This document shows positions 15,112-23,425 of a DNA stretch of 42,663 bases, piece by piece. Each line of letters begins with the position of its first letter. Position 1 is the first letter of the stretch. The DNA is taken from IMG/VR virus record IMGVR_UViG_3300045988_096562; one strand, written 5' to 3'. The DNA comes from a virus. A program made the position numbers and the translations under genes. The notes beneath the pieces were generated by a model, which saw only the letters and a list, made by a program, of their open reading frames with translations, had not been told where the DNA came from and made no database searches.

Positions 15112-15506
15112 AAATTCTATTACGATGCCAGTTTAGATTTCGTAAGAAATCTCACAACCGGTTCCCAACACTGAATGAGTATATTGACTGTGAACGAGGT
15201 TCGACTATAGCAGCTGCAGCGATGAAGAAAAAATGCACTGAGCAGGTTAAAGAACAATGTCTATTGCAGCAGATACAACCTGTTAATGGGAAAGTGGATC
15301 TACTATTTGAATGGCATTCTTCAACCAGGCACGATCCTGACAATGTAGCGTTTGCTAAGAAATTCATTCTTGATGGGCTACAAGCTGCTGGCGTGCTAGA
15401 AAATGATAACCGAAAGTTCATTGGAACTATGGCTGATGAGATTATTCAAGATGATGAAAATTATGTAATCTTACACATTACAGAGAATATGGGGATATTC
15501 TTGTGA
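15108..15506 (+). CDS. rusA: RusA-family Holliday junction resolvase
   Basis: 132 aa. HDPDNVAFAKKFILDGLQAAGVLENDNRKFI is the RusA catalytic Asp-rich core. Confidence 0.8.
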   Translation: MKILLRCQFRFRKKSHNRFPTLNEYIDCERGSTIAAAAMKKKCTEQVKEQCLLQQIQPVNGKVDLLFEWHSSTRHDPDNVAFAKKFILDGLQAAGVLENDNRKFIGTMADEIIQDDENYVILHITENMGIFL

Positions 15507-15530
15507 TTATAAAATTAGTGGAGGTATAAA

Positions 15531-15722
15531 ATGACTGTTAAAGAATTAGAAGAAGCCTTGAGTAGAGTAAAAAACAAAGACATTGAAGTTATAATATATG
15601 ACGAAATGTTTGGTGGAACTGAAATTGAAGGCGTCGTGCATAATCTAGATGAACCAAAACTCAATTTCAAAGAACGTGTAGAACTATTGATTGGATGTGA
15701 GATTGATGCTAGTCGAAGATAA
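15531..15722 (+). CDS. Hypothetical protein
   Basis: 63 aa, GGAGG RBS. Confidence 0.6.
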   Translation: MTVKELEEALSRVKNKDIEVIIYDEMFGGTEIEGVVHNLDEPKLNFKERVELLIGCEIDASRR

Positions 15723-16134
15723 AAATAAATGGTGCTGGGTCGATGACTACGGAAATGCAGGAGATCCACAAGATACAATACAAGAGGCCATCGATGATCT
15801 TATGGGGTATGAACCTGATTTAAAAGAGGTATGGCTCACAGATGAATATGAACGAGTTGTGAGAATAGGACATCCTAATTATTACACTCCAGAAGTTGAT
15901 GCAGAACGAGTGATTGAAGACATTATCAATTATGATATTGATGATGAAATAGCTGAGTGGGCTTGTGATTATTTATCAAATGTTAAGACTGAACATATTG
16001 ATGAGCTAAGCGCAGCTTTAACAAAGGCATTCCGTGATTGGGAAAAGAAATATGGCTATGAAAATAAAGGTCATGTGGTTTTAGAAACAAAATCGTACCC
16101 TGTTGATAGCAAAGGCAGGCTTATTGTAGTTTAA
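15691..16134 (+). CDS. Hypothetical acidic protein (start possibly the ATG at 15706)
   Basis: 147 aa. It overlaps the end of the previous ORF. No motif recognised. Confidence 0.65.
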   Translation: MDVRLMLVEDKNKWCWVDDYGNAGDPQDTIQEAIDDLMGYEPDLKEVWLTDEYERVVRIGHPNYYTPEVDAERVIEDIINYDIDDEIAEWACDYLSNVKTEHIDELSAALTKAFRDWEKKYGYENKGHVVLETKSYPVDSKGRLIVV

Positions 16135-16221
16135 ATGCTGATCATATTTAATTATTTCTTATGAAGCTGGTATACAAATTCGGACTAAAACATAAAATAA
16201 CTTGTAAAGGGGGAAACATAT

Positions 16222-16752
16222 TTGAATGAATATGATATTGAGAAAATCACAAGATTGGCCACAGAGGTGGCAACTAAAACTTACTATGAATTAGCCAAAC
16301 AAGAAAATGCGCAGCTTGGTCGCAAACTTCGACACAACACGATCAAGCTGTTAAAACATTACAGTCAATTACAATCCTACGTAGACAATGCTATCTCGGA
16401 TTCGACACAAGCCGAGGATATATGGCTCAATGAATTATTGGCAGATATGTTCGACGATAATAGTATCGTTAGGGTAAATGCCATTGTTAAGAGCAAAGAA
16501 AAAACAGCATTGATGATGAGGCATGTGAATAATATGCTAGACATCTATGCTGAGAAGTGCAGCGAGAAACAGTTTAAGTATTGTGAATGCGTGCGACGTT
16601 ATTATATTGATGGTGAAACATTAGAAGAGATTGCTGAATCATTCCCTGAAAAACCTGATGTGCGTACTATCCATAGGTACGTTGCAAGGGGAATTGAAGA
16701 ACTATCCGTACTTCTATGGGGAGTGATAGGGCTCAATACGAAATTGTCATAA
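16222..16752 (+). CDS. Late-gene transcriptional regulator, ArpU/RinA-like (sigma70 region-4-like HTH)
   Basis: 176 aa, TTG start after GGGGGA. The C-terminus YYIDGETLEEIAESFPEKPDVRTIHRYVARGIEELSVLL resembles a region-4 HTH. It is the last gene before the packaging module. Confidence 0.6.
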   Translation: MNEYDIEKITRLATEVATKTYYELAKQENAQLGRKLRHNTIKLLKHYSQLQSYVDNAISDSTQAEDIWLNELLADMFDDNSIVRVNAIVKSKEKTALMMRHVNNMLDIYAEKCSEKQFKYCECVRRYYIDGETLEEIAESFPEKPDVRTIHRYVARGIEELSVLLWGVIGLNTKLS

Positions 16753-16789
16753 AACTGTCATAGACATGTCATTCTTGACAATTTATAAT
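16745..16789 (+). promoter_or_regulatory. Phased TGTCAT repeats plus candidate late promoter TAGACA-17 nt-TATAAT
   Basis: TGTCAT at 16745, 16756 and 16767 (11-bp phasing) and an inverted TGACA at 16776-16780. -35 at 16761-16766 and -10 at 16784-16789. Confidence 0.5.
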
Positions 16790-16862
16790 GATAGTGTGAG
16801 TTAATGGGAAAACAAATACTCTATCTCTCAACGACACAGTGAAACCTAGAACACTAAAACGG

Positions 16863-16900
16863 AAAGACCACTTAATCTATACGGTTAGGTGGTCTTTTTA
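16863..16900 (+). terminator. Strong intrinsic terminator about 75-105 nt downstream of the candidate late promoter
   Basis: 13-bp stem aaagaccacttaa/ttaggtggtcttt, loop tctatacgg, T run ttttt. Confidence 0.8.
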
Positions 16901-16902
16901 TA

Positions 16903-17107
16903 TGCAGGTTTAATCAATATCATCATAGGGGAGGGCCTACTCGTTAGGCAACCATGATCCTTTCATAATATTTCGGGGCTATAAAAAATCGCGACGTTTC
17001 ATAGTTGTTATCATCACATAAGAACACACATAATCTACACAACCAACAATAAAACCTATGTACTTAACTATAACAACTTCCCCGTGATGATATTGATTAA
17101 GCCTGCA
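16903..17107 (+). repeat. 24-nt inverted repeat (16903-16926 / 17084-17107) enclosing 157 nt
   Basis: tgcaggtttaatcaatatcatcat versus the reverse complement of gtgatgatattgattaagcctgca matches at 22 of 24 positions. Both mismatches are G.U-compatible on the + strand only. Confidence 0.7.
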
Positions 17108-17167
17108 TTAATCCAATCTATAAACATTTACTTGTGCTTTAACTACCAACAGAAAGGAGAAAATAGT

Positions 17168-17341
17168 ATGGCAGAAATTATTTGTCACGTTAAAGACTGC
17201 TTAAACAACAAACACAATAAATGTACTGCCAATGTTATTGTTCTCGGCGGTAAAGGCAATTGTAAATCTAAGAGTTTTGCAAGAAATGTAATGAAACATT
17301 CACGTAAACAACACTGGAGTGGGGGCATGTATGGGGGTTAG
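17168..17341 (+). CDS. Small Cys-rich protein, DUF1540-like
   Basis: 57 aa from the ATG preceded by AAAGGAGA. CHVKDCLNNKHNKCTANVIVLGGKGNCKSKSF fits the DUF1540 Cys pattern. The longer 17084 start lacks an RBS and lies in the inverted repeat. Confidence 0.6.
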   Translation: MAEIICHVKDCLNNKHNKCTANVIVLGGKGNCKSKSFARNVMKHSRKQHWSGGMYGG

Positions 17342-17490
17342 TCACTCGCACATATCCGGGGCCCTTAAGGTACTCCAAACGAAAAATATTTTGCGTGGGT
17401 CATCCGAACCCCGCGAAATCGCTAGTTAGTTATTTTTCCGAACTGCTGTTCGGCTTCAAAATCGGTCAATTTTTGAGAGGAGGCGAGACT

Positions 17491-18033
17491 GTGACAAACG
17501 TATCAATAGTTGACGAATTGGTATCATCTAAAATTGTGGCAAAAGTACTTGGAATCAGCTCTCGGCGAGTCCAGCAATTGACGGAAGATGGTATCTTCAA
17601 AAAAGAAAAACGCGGACAGTATGATATTGCGAAGACCGTACAAGCATTTGTTTCGTATAAAACCGGAGAAAGCAAACTCGAAAAAAAAGCTCGTGAAGGC
17701 GGGTACGACGCAGAACGAACTCTTTTAACTCGAACTAAACGGATGATTGAAGAAAACAAACTGAAGATTATGAATGGAGAATTGCATCGTTCTGACACAG
17801 TAAAATCCGTAATGAATAGAATGCTGAATAACTTTAAAAGCAAGCTCCAAGCTTTGCCATTAAAAGCAGCACCTAAAGTATTAGGGGAGACAAACCTGTT
17901 AGCTATTCAAGATACACTTCTTGATGAGGTGAACGAGTGCCTAACGGAATTGTCTGAATACGATCCAAACATGTTCCACGATGAGTCCGATGATATTGTT
18001 GTGGACGAAGACGAAGCAGGTGAAAGTGAGTGA
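17491..18033 (+). CDS. terS: Terminase small subunit, Nu1-like
   Basis: GTG start after GAGGAGG. The winged HTH IVAKVLGISSRRVQQLTEDGIFKKEKRGQYDIAKTVQAFVSY resembles lambda Nu1. It is followed directly by the GpA-type large subunit. Confidence 0.8.
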   Translation: MTNVSIVDELVSSKIVAKVLGISSRRVQQLTEDGIFKKEKRGQYDIAKTVQAFVSYKTGESKLEKKAREGGYDAERTLLTRTKRMIEENKLKIMNGELHRSDTVKSVMNRMLNNFKSKLQALPLKAAPKVLGETNLLAIQDTLLDEVNECLTELSEYDPNMFHDESDDIVVDEDEAGESE

Positions 18034-19898
18034 AACATACGTGCAACTTATTTAAAGGGATAGCAAGTGTACTAAAACCACCACCAAAGTTTACCGCGTC
18101 GGAATGGGCGAACGCCAATGTGGTACTTTCCACAGAGGACAGCGCCGAACCAGGGAAGTATTCCACCGATAGAGCCCCCTATCAAAAAGAGATGCTTGAT
18201 GCGGTAAGTGACCCTGACGTTGAAAAAGTAGTGTATATGACCGGCTCGCAAATTGGTAAAACCCAGCTCATTAAAAATGTGTTGGGTTATTTTATTGATT
18301 ACTTTCCGTCGCCAATTATGTTTATGCAGCCGACGAAAGATATAGCAAAGGAATTTTCGAAAACTCGTATTGCTCCCTTTATTCGTGACACGAAAGTGCT
18401 TAACGATAAAATGGCCGATGTAAAATCTCGGGATAGCGGCAATACGGTATTGAATAAGACCTTTCCAGGTGGTTACCTGACATTAGTCGGTGCGAACGCC
18501 CCAGCCGATTTGGCATCTAGGCCAATTCGAGTATTGTTGGCGGACGAAATTGACCGTTACCCTGCATCAGCCGGGACGGAAGGCGACCCTTTGAGCCTGG
18601 CAGAAAAGCGTACTAATACGTTCTATAATCGAAAGCATGTGTACGCATCCACGCCATTAGCCAAGGGTACTAGCCGAGTGGAAAAATTATATCTTGGAGG
18701 CACACAAGAGGTGTGGCATATTAAGTGCCCAGCATGTGGTGAGTATGTATATCCGTCCTGGGATAAATTCCACGCTGATGAAGATGCAGGTAAGTATTAC
18801 TTAGCCTGTGATCACTGCGGAACACTATCGGAAGAGTTCGAGTGGAAGAAACTTTATCGCGAGGGCAAATGGATTGCTGAAGCTCCGGAGAATTTGAAAA
18901 AGTATAATTGCCGTAGCTTTCATATGAATGCGTTTGGCTCGCCTTGGGCCTCTTGGGGTAAACTCCAGGAGAAATACGAAGCAGCAACGAAGCTTGGTAC
19001 AGCTGGCGTTAAGACATTCTTTAACACTGAAATGGGTATTCCTTATGAAGAGGATACCGAAACACTGCAGTCTGAAGAACTCTATGAACGTAGAGAGGAC
19101 TATGGAGCAGAGTTGCCAGACGGTGTATTACTCTTAACCTGTGGTGTGGATACGCAGGACGATCGTTTGGAATGCGAAATTGTAGGTTGGGGGAAAGACT
19201 ATGAGAGCTGGGGTATACAATACTTCAGACTATATGGAGACCCTGCCTACGATGCTGTATGGAAAGAATTAGACGACATTATTTTAAACCGAACATGGTC
19301 TTATGCCGACGGAAGAAAGCGAGGCGTATCGGTTACGTGCATTGACTCCGGTGGTAGTAAGACTCAGTCAGTATATAAGTACTGCTCAACTAGATGGCAT
19401 AAGCGCGTTTACCCTATTAAAGGTGTAGGTGGCGCTGGGAAAGATTTGATTGACGGCTTGCCTACTAGGTTAAAAAAGTACAAGACTAAGCTCTTTAAGC
19501 TTGGTGTAGATACCGGCAAGGAACAAATTTATAGCGACTTGAATCAAGAAAAAGGTCAACCAAGGTATTGCCACTTCCCGAAAGATCACGAAAAGGGATA
19601 TGGGAAGAAATACTTTGAGGGCCTATTGGCAGAGATGAAAGTATCTAAATTAGTTAATGGTCACTTTAAAGAGCAATGGGTATTACGCCCAGGGCGCAAA
19701 AGAAATGAACCGTTTGATATTAGAAACTACAATCAAGCTGCTATCACTATTATGAATCCCAACTTCGATGCATTGGAAGCTCGGAGTAGTAAAGAGGATT
19801 ACACGCCTTATCAGAATACAACTCGTGTAGTCAAAGCAGGAAATACGCCAAAGACACGAACCAGGAGACGTGCTAGAGGTGGGGGGATACGATTATGA
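18030..19898 (+). CDS. terL: Terminase large subunit, lambda GpA family
   Basis: 622 aa. N-terminus LKPPPKFTASEWANANVVLS...PGKYSTDRAPYQKEMLDA, Walker A-like GSQIGKT, LLADEIDRYP, and the zinc motif CPACGE...CDHCG. Confidence 0.9.
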   Translation: MKHTCNLFKGIASVLKPPPKFTASEWANANVVLSTEDSAEPGKYSTDRAPYQKEMLDAVSDPDVEKVVYMTGSQIGKTQLIKNVLGYFIDYFPSPIMFMQPTKDIAKEFSKTRIAPFIRDTKVLNDKMADVKSRDSGNTVLNKTFPGGYLTLVGANAPADLASRPIRVLLADEIDRYPASAGTEGDPLSLAEKRTNTFYNRKHVYASTPLAKGTSRVEKLYLGGTQEVWHIKCPACGEYVYPSWDKFHADEDAGKYYLACDHCGTLSEEFEWKKLYREGKWIAEAPENLKKYNCRSFHMNAFGSPWASWGKLQEKYEAATKLGTAGVKTFFNTEMGIPYEEDTETLQSEELYERREDYGAELPDGVLLLTCGVDTQDDRLECEIVGWGKDYESWGIQYFRLYGDPAYDAVWKELDDIILNRTWSYADGRKRGVSVTCIDSGGSKTQSVYKYCSTRWHKRVYPIKGVGGAGKDLIDGLPTRLKKYKTKLFKLGVDTGKEQIYSDLNQEKGQPRYCHFPKDHEKGYGKKYFEGLLAEMKVSKLVNGHFKEQWVLRPGRKRNEPFDIRNYNQAAITIMNPNFDALEARSSKEDYTPYQNTTRVVKAGNTPKTRTRRRARGGGIRL

Positions 19899-21202
19899 CA
19901 ATCCTACAAAGGATTATGGAAGAATTAAATATTCGTGAAATGCACGAAATACCTACCGCTCTAACAAAGGCGTTGCTAGATTCGAATACATGTTCGGTAT
20001 TTTTGAAGGCAATAAAACCGTACTATTCGTATGAAGCGTTACTTGCTGAATTTGAAGAACATAGCGCGGATAGAAAAAACTATATGCAAGATTACACGCC
20101 ACAATGCGTACTAGATATAATCGGAGGTATTACCCCTGGCGGTGATGTTCGTGATGTGTGCGCAGGGATTGGCGGGTTGTCCTTAGCCAAATTTAAGGCA
20201 GATAATACCGTGACACTAAGGCTTGAAGAGTATTCAAAAAATGCAATAGCTTTTATGCTGCTTAATCTGCTAATAGCTAATATAGATGCGGAAGTAGTAG
20301 AGAAGAACGTTCTTACTGGTGAAGAGCTTGCGTACTATAAAGTGGAATCCGCAGCATCGGGCTTTGGCCAAGTAGTTAAAGTAGATATGCTAGGAAGTAA
20401 AAAATATGATACCGTGATTAGTAATCCGCCGTACAGTCAATCATGGATTCCACAAATGGACGCACGCTTTGAAGGCTATAAATTAGTACCAAAGAGTAAA
20501 GCGGATTTTGCTTTTATACTCGACGGACTTTATTCGTTAAATGTTTCTGGCACAGCTGCCTTTATCCTGCCGCACGGTGTACTTTTTAGAGGACAAGCAG
20601 AAGGCGATATAAGGCGTAAGCTTATTGATAATAATCTACTTGACGCCGTTATAGGACTACCTTCTAATCTGTTTACAAATACAAGTATACCTGTGTGTAT
20701 ATTGGTATTTAAGAAAAATCGTGCTAATAAAGACGTATTATTTATCGATGCGCAAAAAGACTTCATTAAGAACAAGAGCAAGAATATAATGACCGCCGAA
20801 CAGGTGGAAAAAGTCATTAAAGCCTATAAGGAACGAGTAGATATAGAGCGATATGCTAGTAACATTAGCATGTCTACTATTTTAGACAATGACTATAATC
20901 TGAATATTCCACGCTACATTGACAGCTTCGAACCCGAAGAAATACCAGACGCGGTACAGCTTGCTAAGGAGTTAAACGAAATTAATCGAGAAAGTCGGAC
21001 GTTGGGTTTAGAAATTGCGGAGATGTTAAAGCAATTAGTCTGTACAGATCCTGACGCGCAGAAAGAGCATGATGAATTTGTAAAAGAATTTACAGAATTT
21101 TTAGTATCATCTGATAGCGCGTGTACAGTTGAGGAGCAAGAAGATGTGATAAAAAAAATAGAAGATGTTAAGAAGTATCTACTTCAAAAGATGTTTGTGT
21201 AA
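19895..21202 (+). CDS. N6-adenine DNA methyltransferase, type I HsdM-like
   Basis: 435 aa. Motif I DVCAGIGG and motif IV NPPYS, then GTAAFILPHGVLFRG and IGLPSNLFTNTSIPVCILVF. The start overlaps the terL stop (ATGA). Confidence 0.85.
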   Translation: MTILQRIMEELNIREMHEIPTALTKALLDSNTCSVFLKAIKPYYSYEALLAEFEEHSADRKNYMQDYTPQCVLDIIGGITPGGDVRDVCAGIGGLSLAKFKADNTVTLRLEEYSKNAIAFMLLNLLIANIDAEVVEKNVLTGEELAYYKVESAASGFGQVVKVDMLGSKKYDTVISNPPYSQSWIPQMDARFEGYKLVPKSKADFAFILDGLYSLNVSGTAAFILPHGVLFRGQAEGDIRRKLIDNNLLDAVIGLPSNLFTNTSIPVCILVFKKNRANKDVLFIDAQKDFIKNKSKNIMTAEQVEKVIKAYKERVDIERYASNISMSTILDNDYNLNIPRYIDSFEPEEIPDAVQLAKELNEINRESRTLGLEIAEMLKQLVCTDPDAQKEHDEFVKEFTEFLVSSDSACTVEEQEDVIKKIEDVKKYLLQKMFV

Positions 21203-21603
21203 TGTTAAGAAATTACAAAAGAATTAAAATTACCGAAGTTGCTGATATATTGGGAAGGCCTAAGAAGAATCAAATGTATCCTGAAGGGTGTATTTGTTTG
21301 CAAGTATCCGCTAGCAAGGGGGAACTACTATATTTAGATACATCACAAGAAGTAGATGCTAAATACGTAGTAATTCGACCGAGAAACGTAATCCCTTATT
21401 ATTTATATTTGATGATAGAAAAAACAATGCCTGAATTCTTATATAAATATAGGCAGGGGCTAAATATATCAGCACATGACATAAAACATATGGAGATATT
21501 GTGCCACACGGATGTGGAAACACAGGCTTTAATAAGTATGGTATTCCAATCTATGCATGGCACAAGTCTAAGCGCTCAGTATGGGCGCTTTTTTAATGCG
21601 TGA
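21202..21603 (+). CDS. Half-size HsdS-like specificity protein (single target-recognition domain)
   Basis: 133 aa. IKITEVADIL...YVVIRPRNVIPYYLYLMIEKTMPEFLYKYRQGLNISAHDIKHMEILCHTDVETQALI follows the HsdS TRD plus conserved-helix pattern. TAATG overlap with the methyltransferase gene. Confidence 0.6.
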   Translation: MLRNYKRIKITEVADILGRPKKNQMYPEGCICLQVSASKGELLYLDTSQEVDAKYVVIRPRNVIPYYLYLMIEKTMPEFLYKYRQGLNISAHDIKHMEILCHTDVETQALISMVFQSMHGTSLSAQYGRFFNA

Positions 21604-21617
21604 AAGGAGGTGAAAGG

Positions 21618-21842
21618 ATGGCAGAATGGACAATATATGAGGCAAAAGAGCATTTACAGGCGTGGTTAGATGCTGATTTAGCACTAGCAACCGGCAAGGA
21701 ATACACCATTGGTAATCGTCGGTTAACTCGGGCCAATGTGCAAGAGGTAAAAGACCGCATCAACTTTTGGCGAAATGAAGTAGCAAGACTTGAAAATAGA
21801 CCTCGACGTCGTGCATACCGTGTCATTCCGCGTGATATATGA
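21618..21842 (+). CDS. gpW-like head-tail joining protein
   Basis: 74 aa from the ATG after AGGAGG. AKEHLQAWLDADLALATGKEYTIGNRRLTRANVQEVKDRINFWRNEV matches the lambda gpW family. It lies immediately upstream of the portal gene. Confidence 0.8.
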   Translation: MAEWTIYEAKEHLQAWLDADLALATGKEYTIGNRRLTRANVQEVKDRINFWRNEVARLENRPRRRAYRVIPRDI

Positions 21843-23425
21843 GTAAACGTAAGAAGTCGTTTATGAAAACCGCAGCGGGAAGGACTAAAGCAACGCAGTA
21901 TTCTGGGAGTAAAACAAACTCTGGTTATTCTAATCATGGCGCAAATAGTTTTAAATCTAGCGCCAAAGGATACCAGGTTAACTCTCAAGATGCAAGGCAT
22001 GATATCGATGCTAATTTTAGAATGCTACGGGCAAGGTCGGTAGACCTTCAGCAAGGTACGCCTATTGCAGCAGGCGCGTTAAAAACCAATAAGACTAACG
22101 TCATTGGCCCTGGCCTACGTTTTAAAGCCAATATTCGCTTTGAGGAATTAGGCCTAACATTTGACGAAAAGAACGCATGGGAACGTAAGACTGAACGCGA
22201 ATTTGCTATGTGGGCTAAGCACTGTGATGCAAGAGAGCAAACTGACTTCTACGGGATTCAGGCGTTAGCATACTATGAAAAGCTCTTATACGGCGATGCG
22301 TTTGTAAATTTACCACTACTAATCAATCGAATGGATAAAAACCCTTACCCTTTGCGGTTGCAGATTGTTGAATCAATTCTCGTAGCTTCTCCACCTAAAT
22401 ATATAGGGCGCGAAGAAGATGAGAATAACGATGTAATTCACGGAGTTAAGTTTAATAAATACGGTGCGGCCATTGGGTTCTATGTGCTAAATAAGCTATA
22501 TAACGCTTTTAATGATGATCACGACTACACATATATTCCGAAGTACGGTACACAAACCGGAAGGCGAAATATTATTCAGGTTATGACGATTGAGCGTAGT
22601 GGACAGTTGCGAGGTATTCCAATACTATCTCCGGTAATTGAGGATTTGAAAGTTCTTAGCCGGTACAATGATGCGGAGGTTATGAAGGTATTAGTTAATG
22701 CCTTGATGGCAATCTTTATTGAATCAGAGGCCCCAGATGATATGGCGTTTGGGACTGGTATCGATGAGGAGGATCAAGTTGATTCCGAAAACGATGAAAC
22801 AATCGAATTAGGCAACGGCACGGTTAACGTATTAGCACCAGGTGAAAAGGTTAGTGTTGCGGAAAAAACACCAATCCCAACGAGCTTTGCAGACTTTACA
22901 TCATCTCTCATTAGTCATGTTGGTGCCGCACTTGAAATTCCTTATGAAATTCTTGTTAAGCACTTTGGCAAAAGTTACTCCGCATCAAGAGCGGCGTTAC
23001 TTGAGTACTGGAAATCTGTTGAAATGCAACGTTCCGAATTTATTACTCAATTTTGCAATCCTATTTACGAAGAGTGGCTAACTATGGCTATTCTGTTAGG
23101 TCGCATTGAAGCGCCAGGCTTTTTCGATGACCCAATTATTCGAGAAGCGTGGCTAGGTGCTGAATGGTACGGACCTTCGCAAGGTCAATTAGACCCAGAG
23201 AAGGAAGCTACTGCAGCAGAAATTCGTGTTAAGAATGCATTTAGTACTCGTGCTAAAGAAGCCGCAGAGCTCACAGGCATGGATTATGAAAATGAAATCT
23301 TACCACAACGTATTCGTGAACACCAATCTATGGATGAAGGAGGATTGTTGCATGAACAAGGACAACAAATTTCAGTTCAAAATTCGAACTCCGCTGAATC
23401 AGATTCAGGAAGCGGAGACGATTGA
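21839..23425 (+). CDS. Portal protein, lambda family
   Basis: 528 aa in the position between gpW and the protease. The family call rests on the lambda-like order of the flanking genes; no portal-specific motif was checked. Confidence 0.85.
   Translation: MSKRKKSFMKTAAGRTKATQYSGSKTNSGYSNHGANSFKSSAKGYQVNSQDARHDIDANFRMLRARSVDLQQGTPIAAGALKTNKTNVIGPGLRFKANIRFEELGLTFDEKNAWERKTEREFAMWAKHCDAREQTDFYGIQALAYYEKLLYGDAFVNLPLLINRMDKNPYPLRLQIVESILVASPPKYIGREEDENNDVIHGVKFNKYGAAIGFYVLNKLYNAFNDDHDYTYIPKYGTQTGRRNIIQVMTIERSGQLRGIPILSPVIEDLKVLSRYNDAEVMKVLVNALMAIFIESEAPDDMAFGTGIDEEDQVDSENDETIELGNGTVNVLAPGEKVSVAEKTPIPTSFADFTSSLISHVGAALEIPYEILVKHFGKSYSASRAALLEYWKSVEMQRSEFITQFCNPIYEEWLTMAILLGRIEAPGFFDDPIIREAWLGAEWYGPSQGQLDPEKEATAAEIRVKNAFSTRAKEAAELTGMDYENEILPQRIREHQSMDEGGLLHEQGQQISVQNSNSAESDSGSGDD

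Noticed and set aside
16775-16789. TTGACA and TATAAT as a promoter pair
   Set aside because: The two hexamers are only 3 nt apart, so they cannot act together. TATAAT pairs with TAGACA at the correct 17-nt spacing instead. TTGACA is counted as an inverted TGTCA repeat.
17084-17167. Long form of the DUF1540-like ORF starting at 17084
   Set aside because: The upstream extension (MMILIKPALIQSINIYLCFNY...) lies in the inverted-repeat arm and has no RBS. The ATG at 17168 follows AAAGGAGA.
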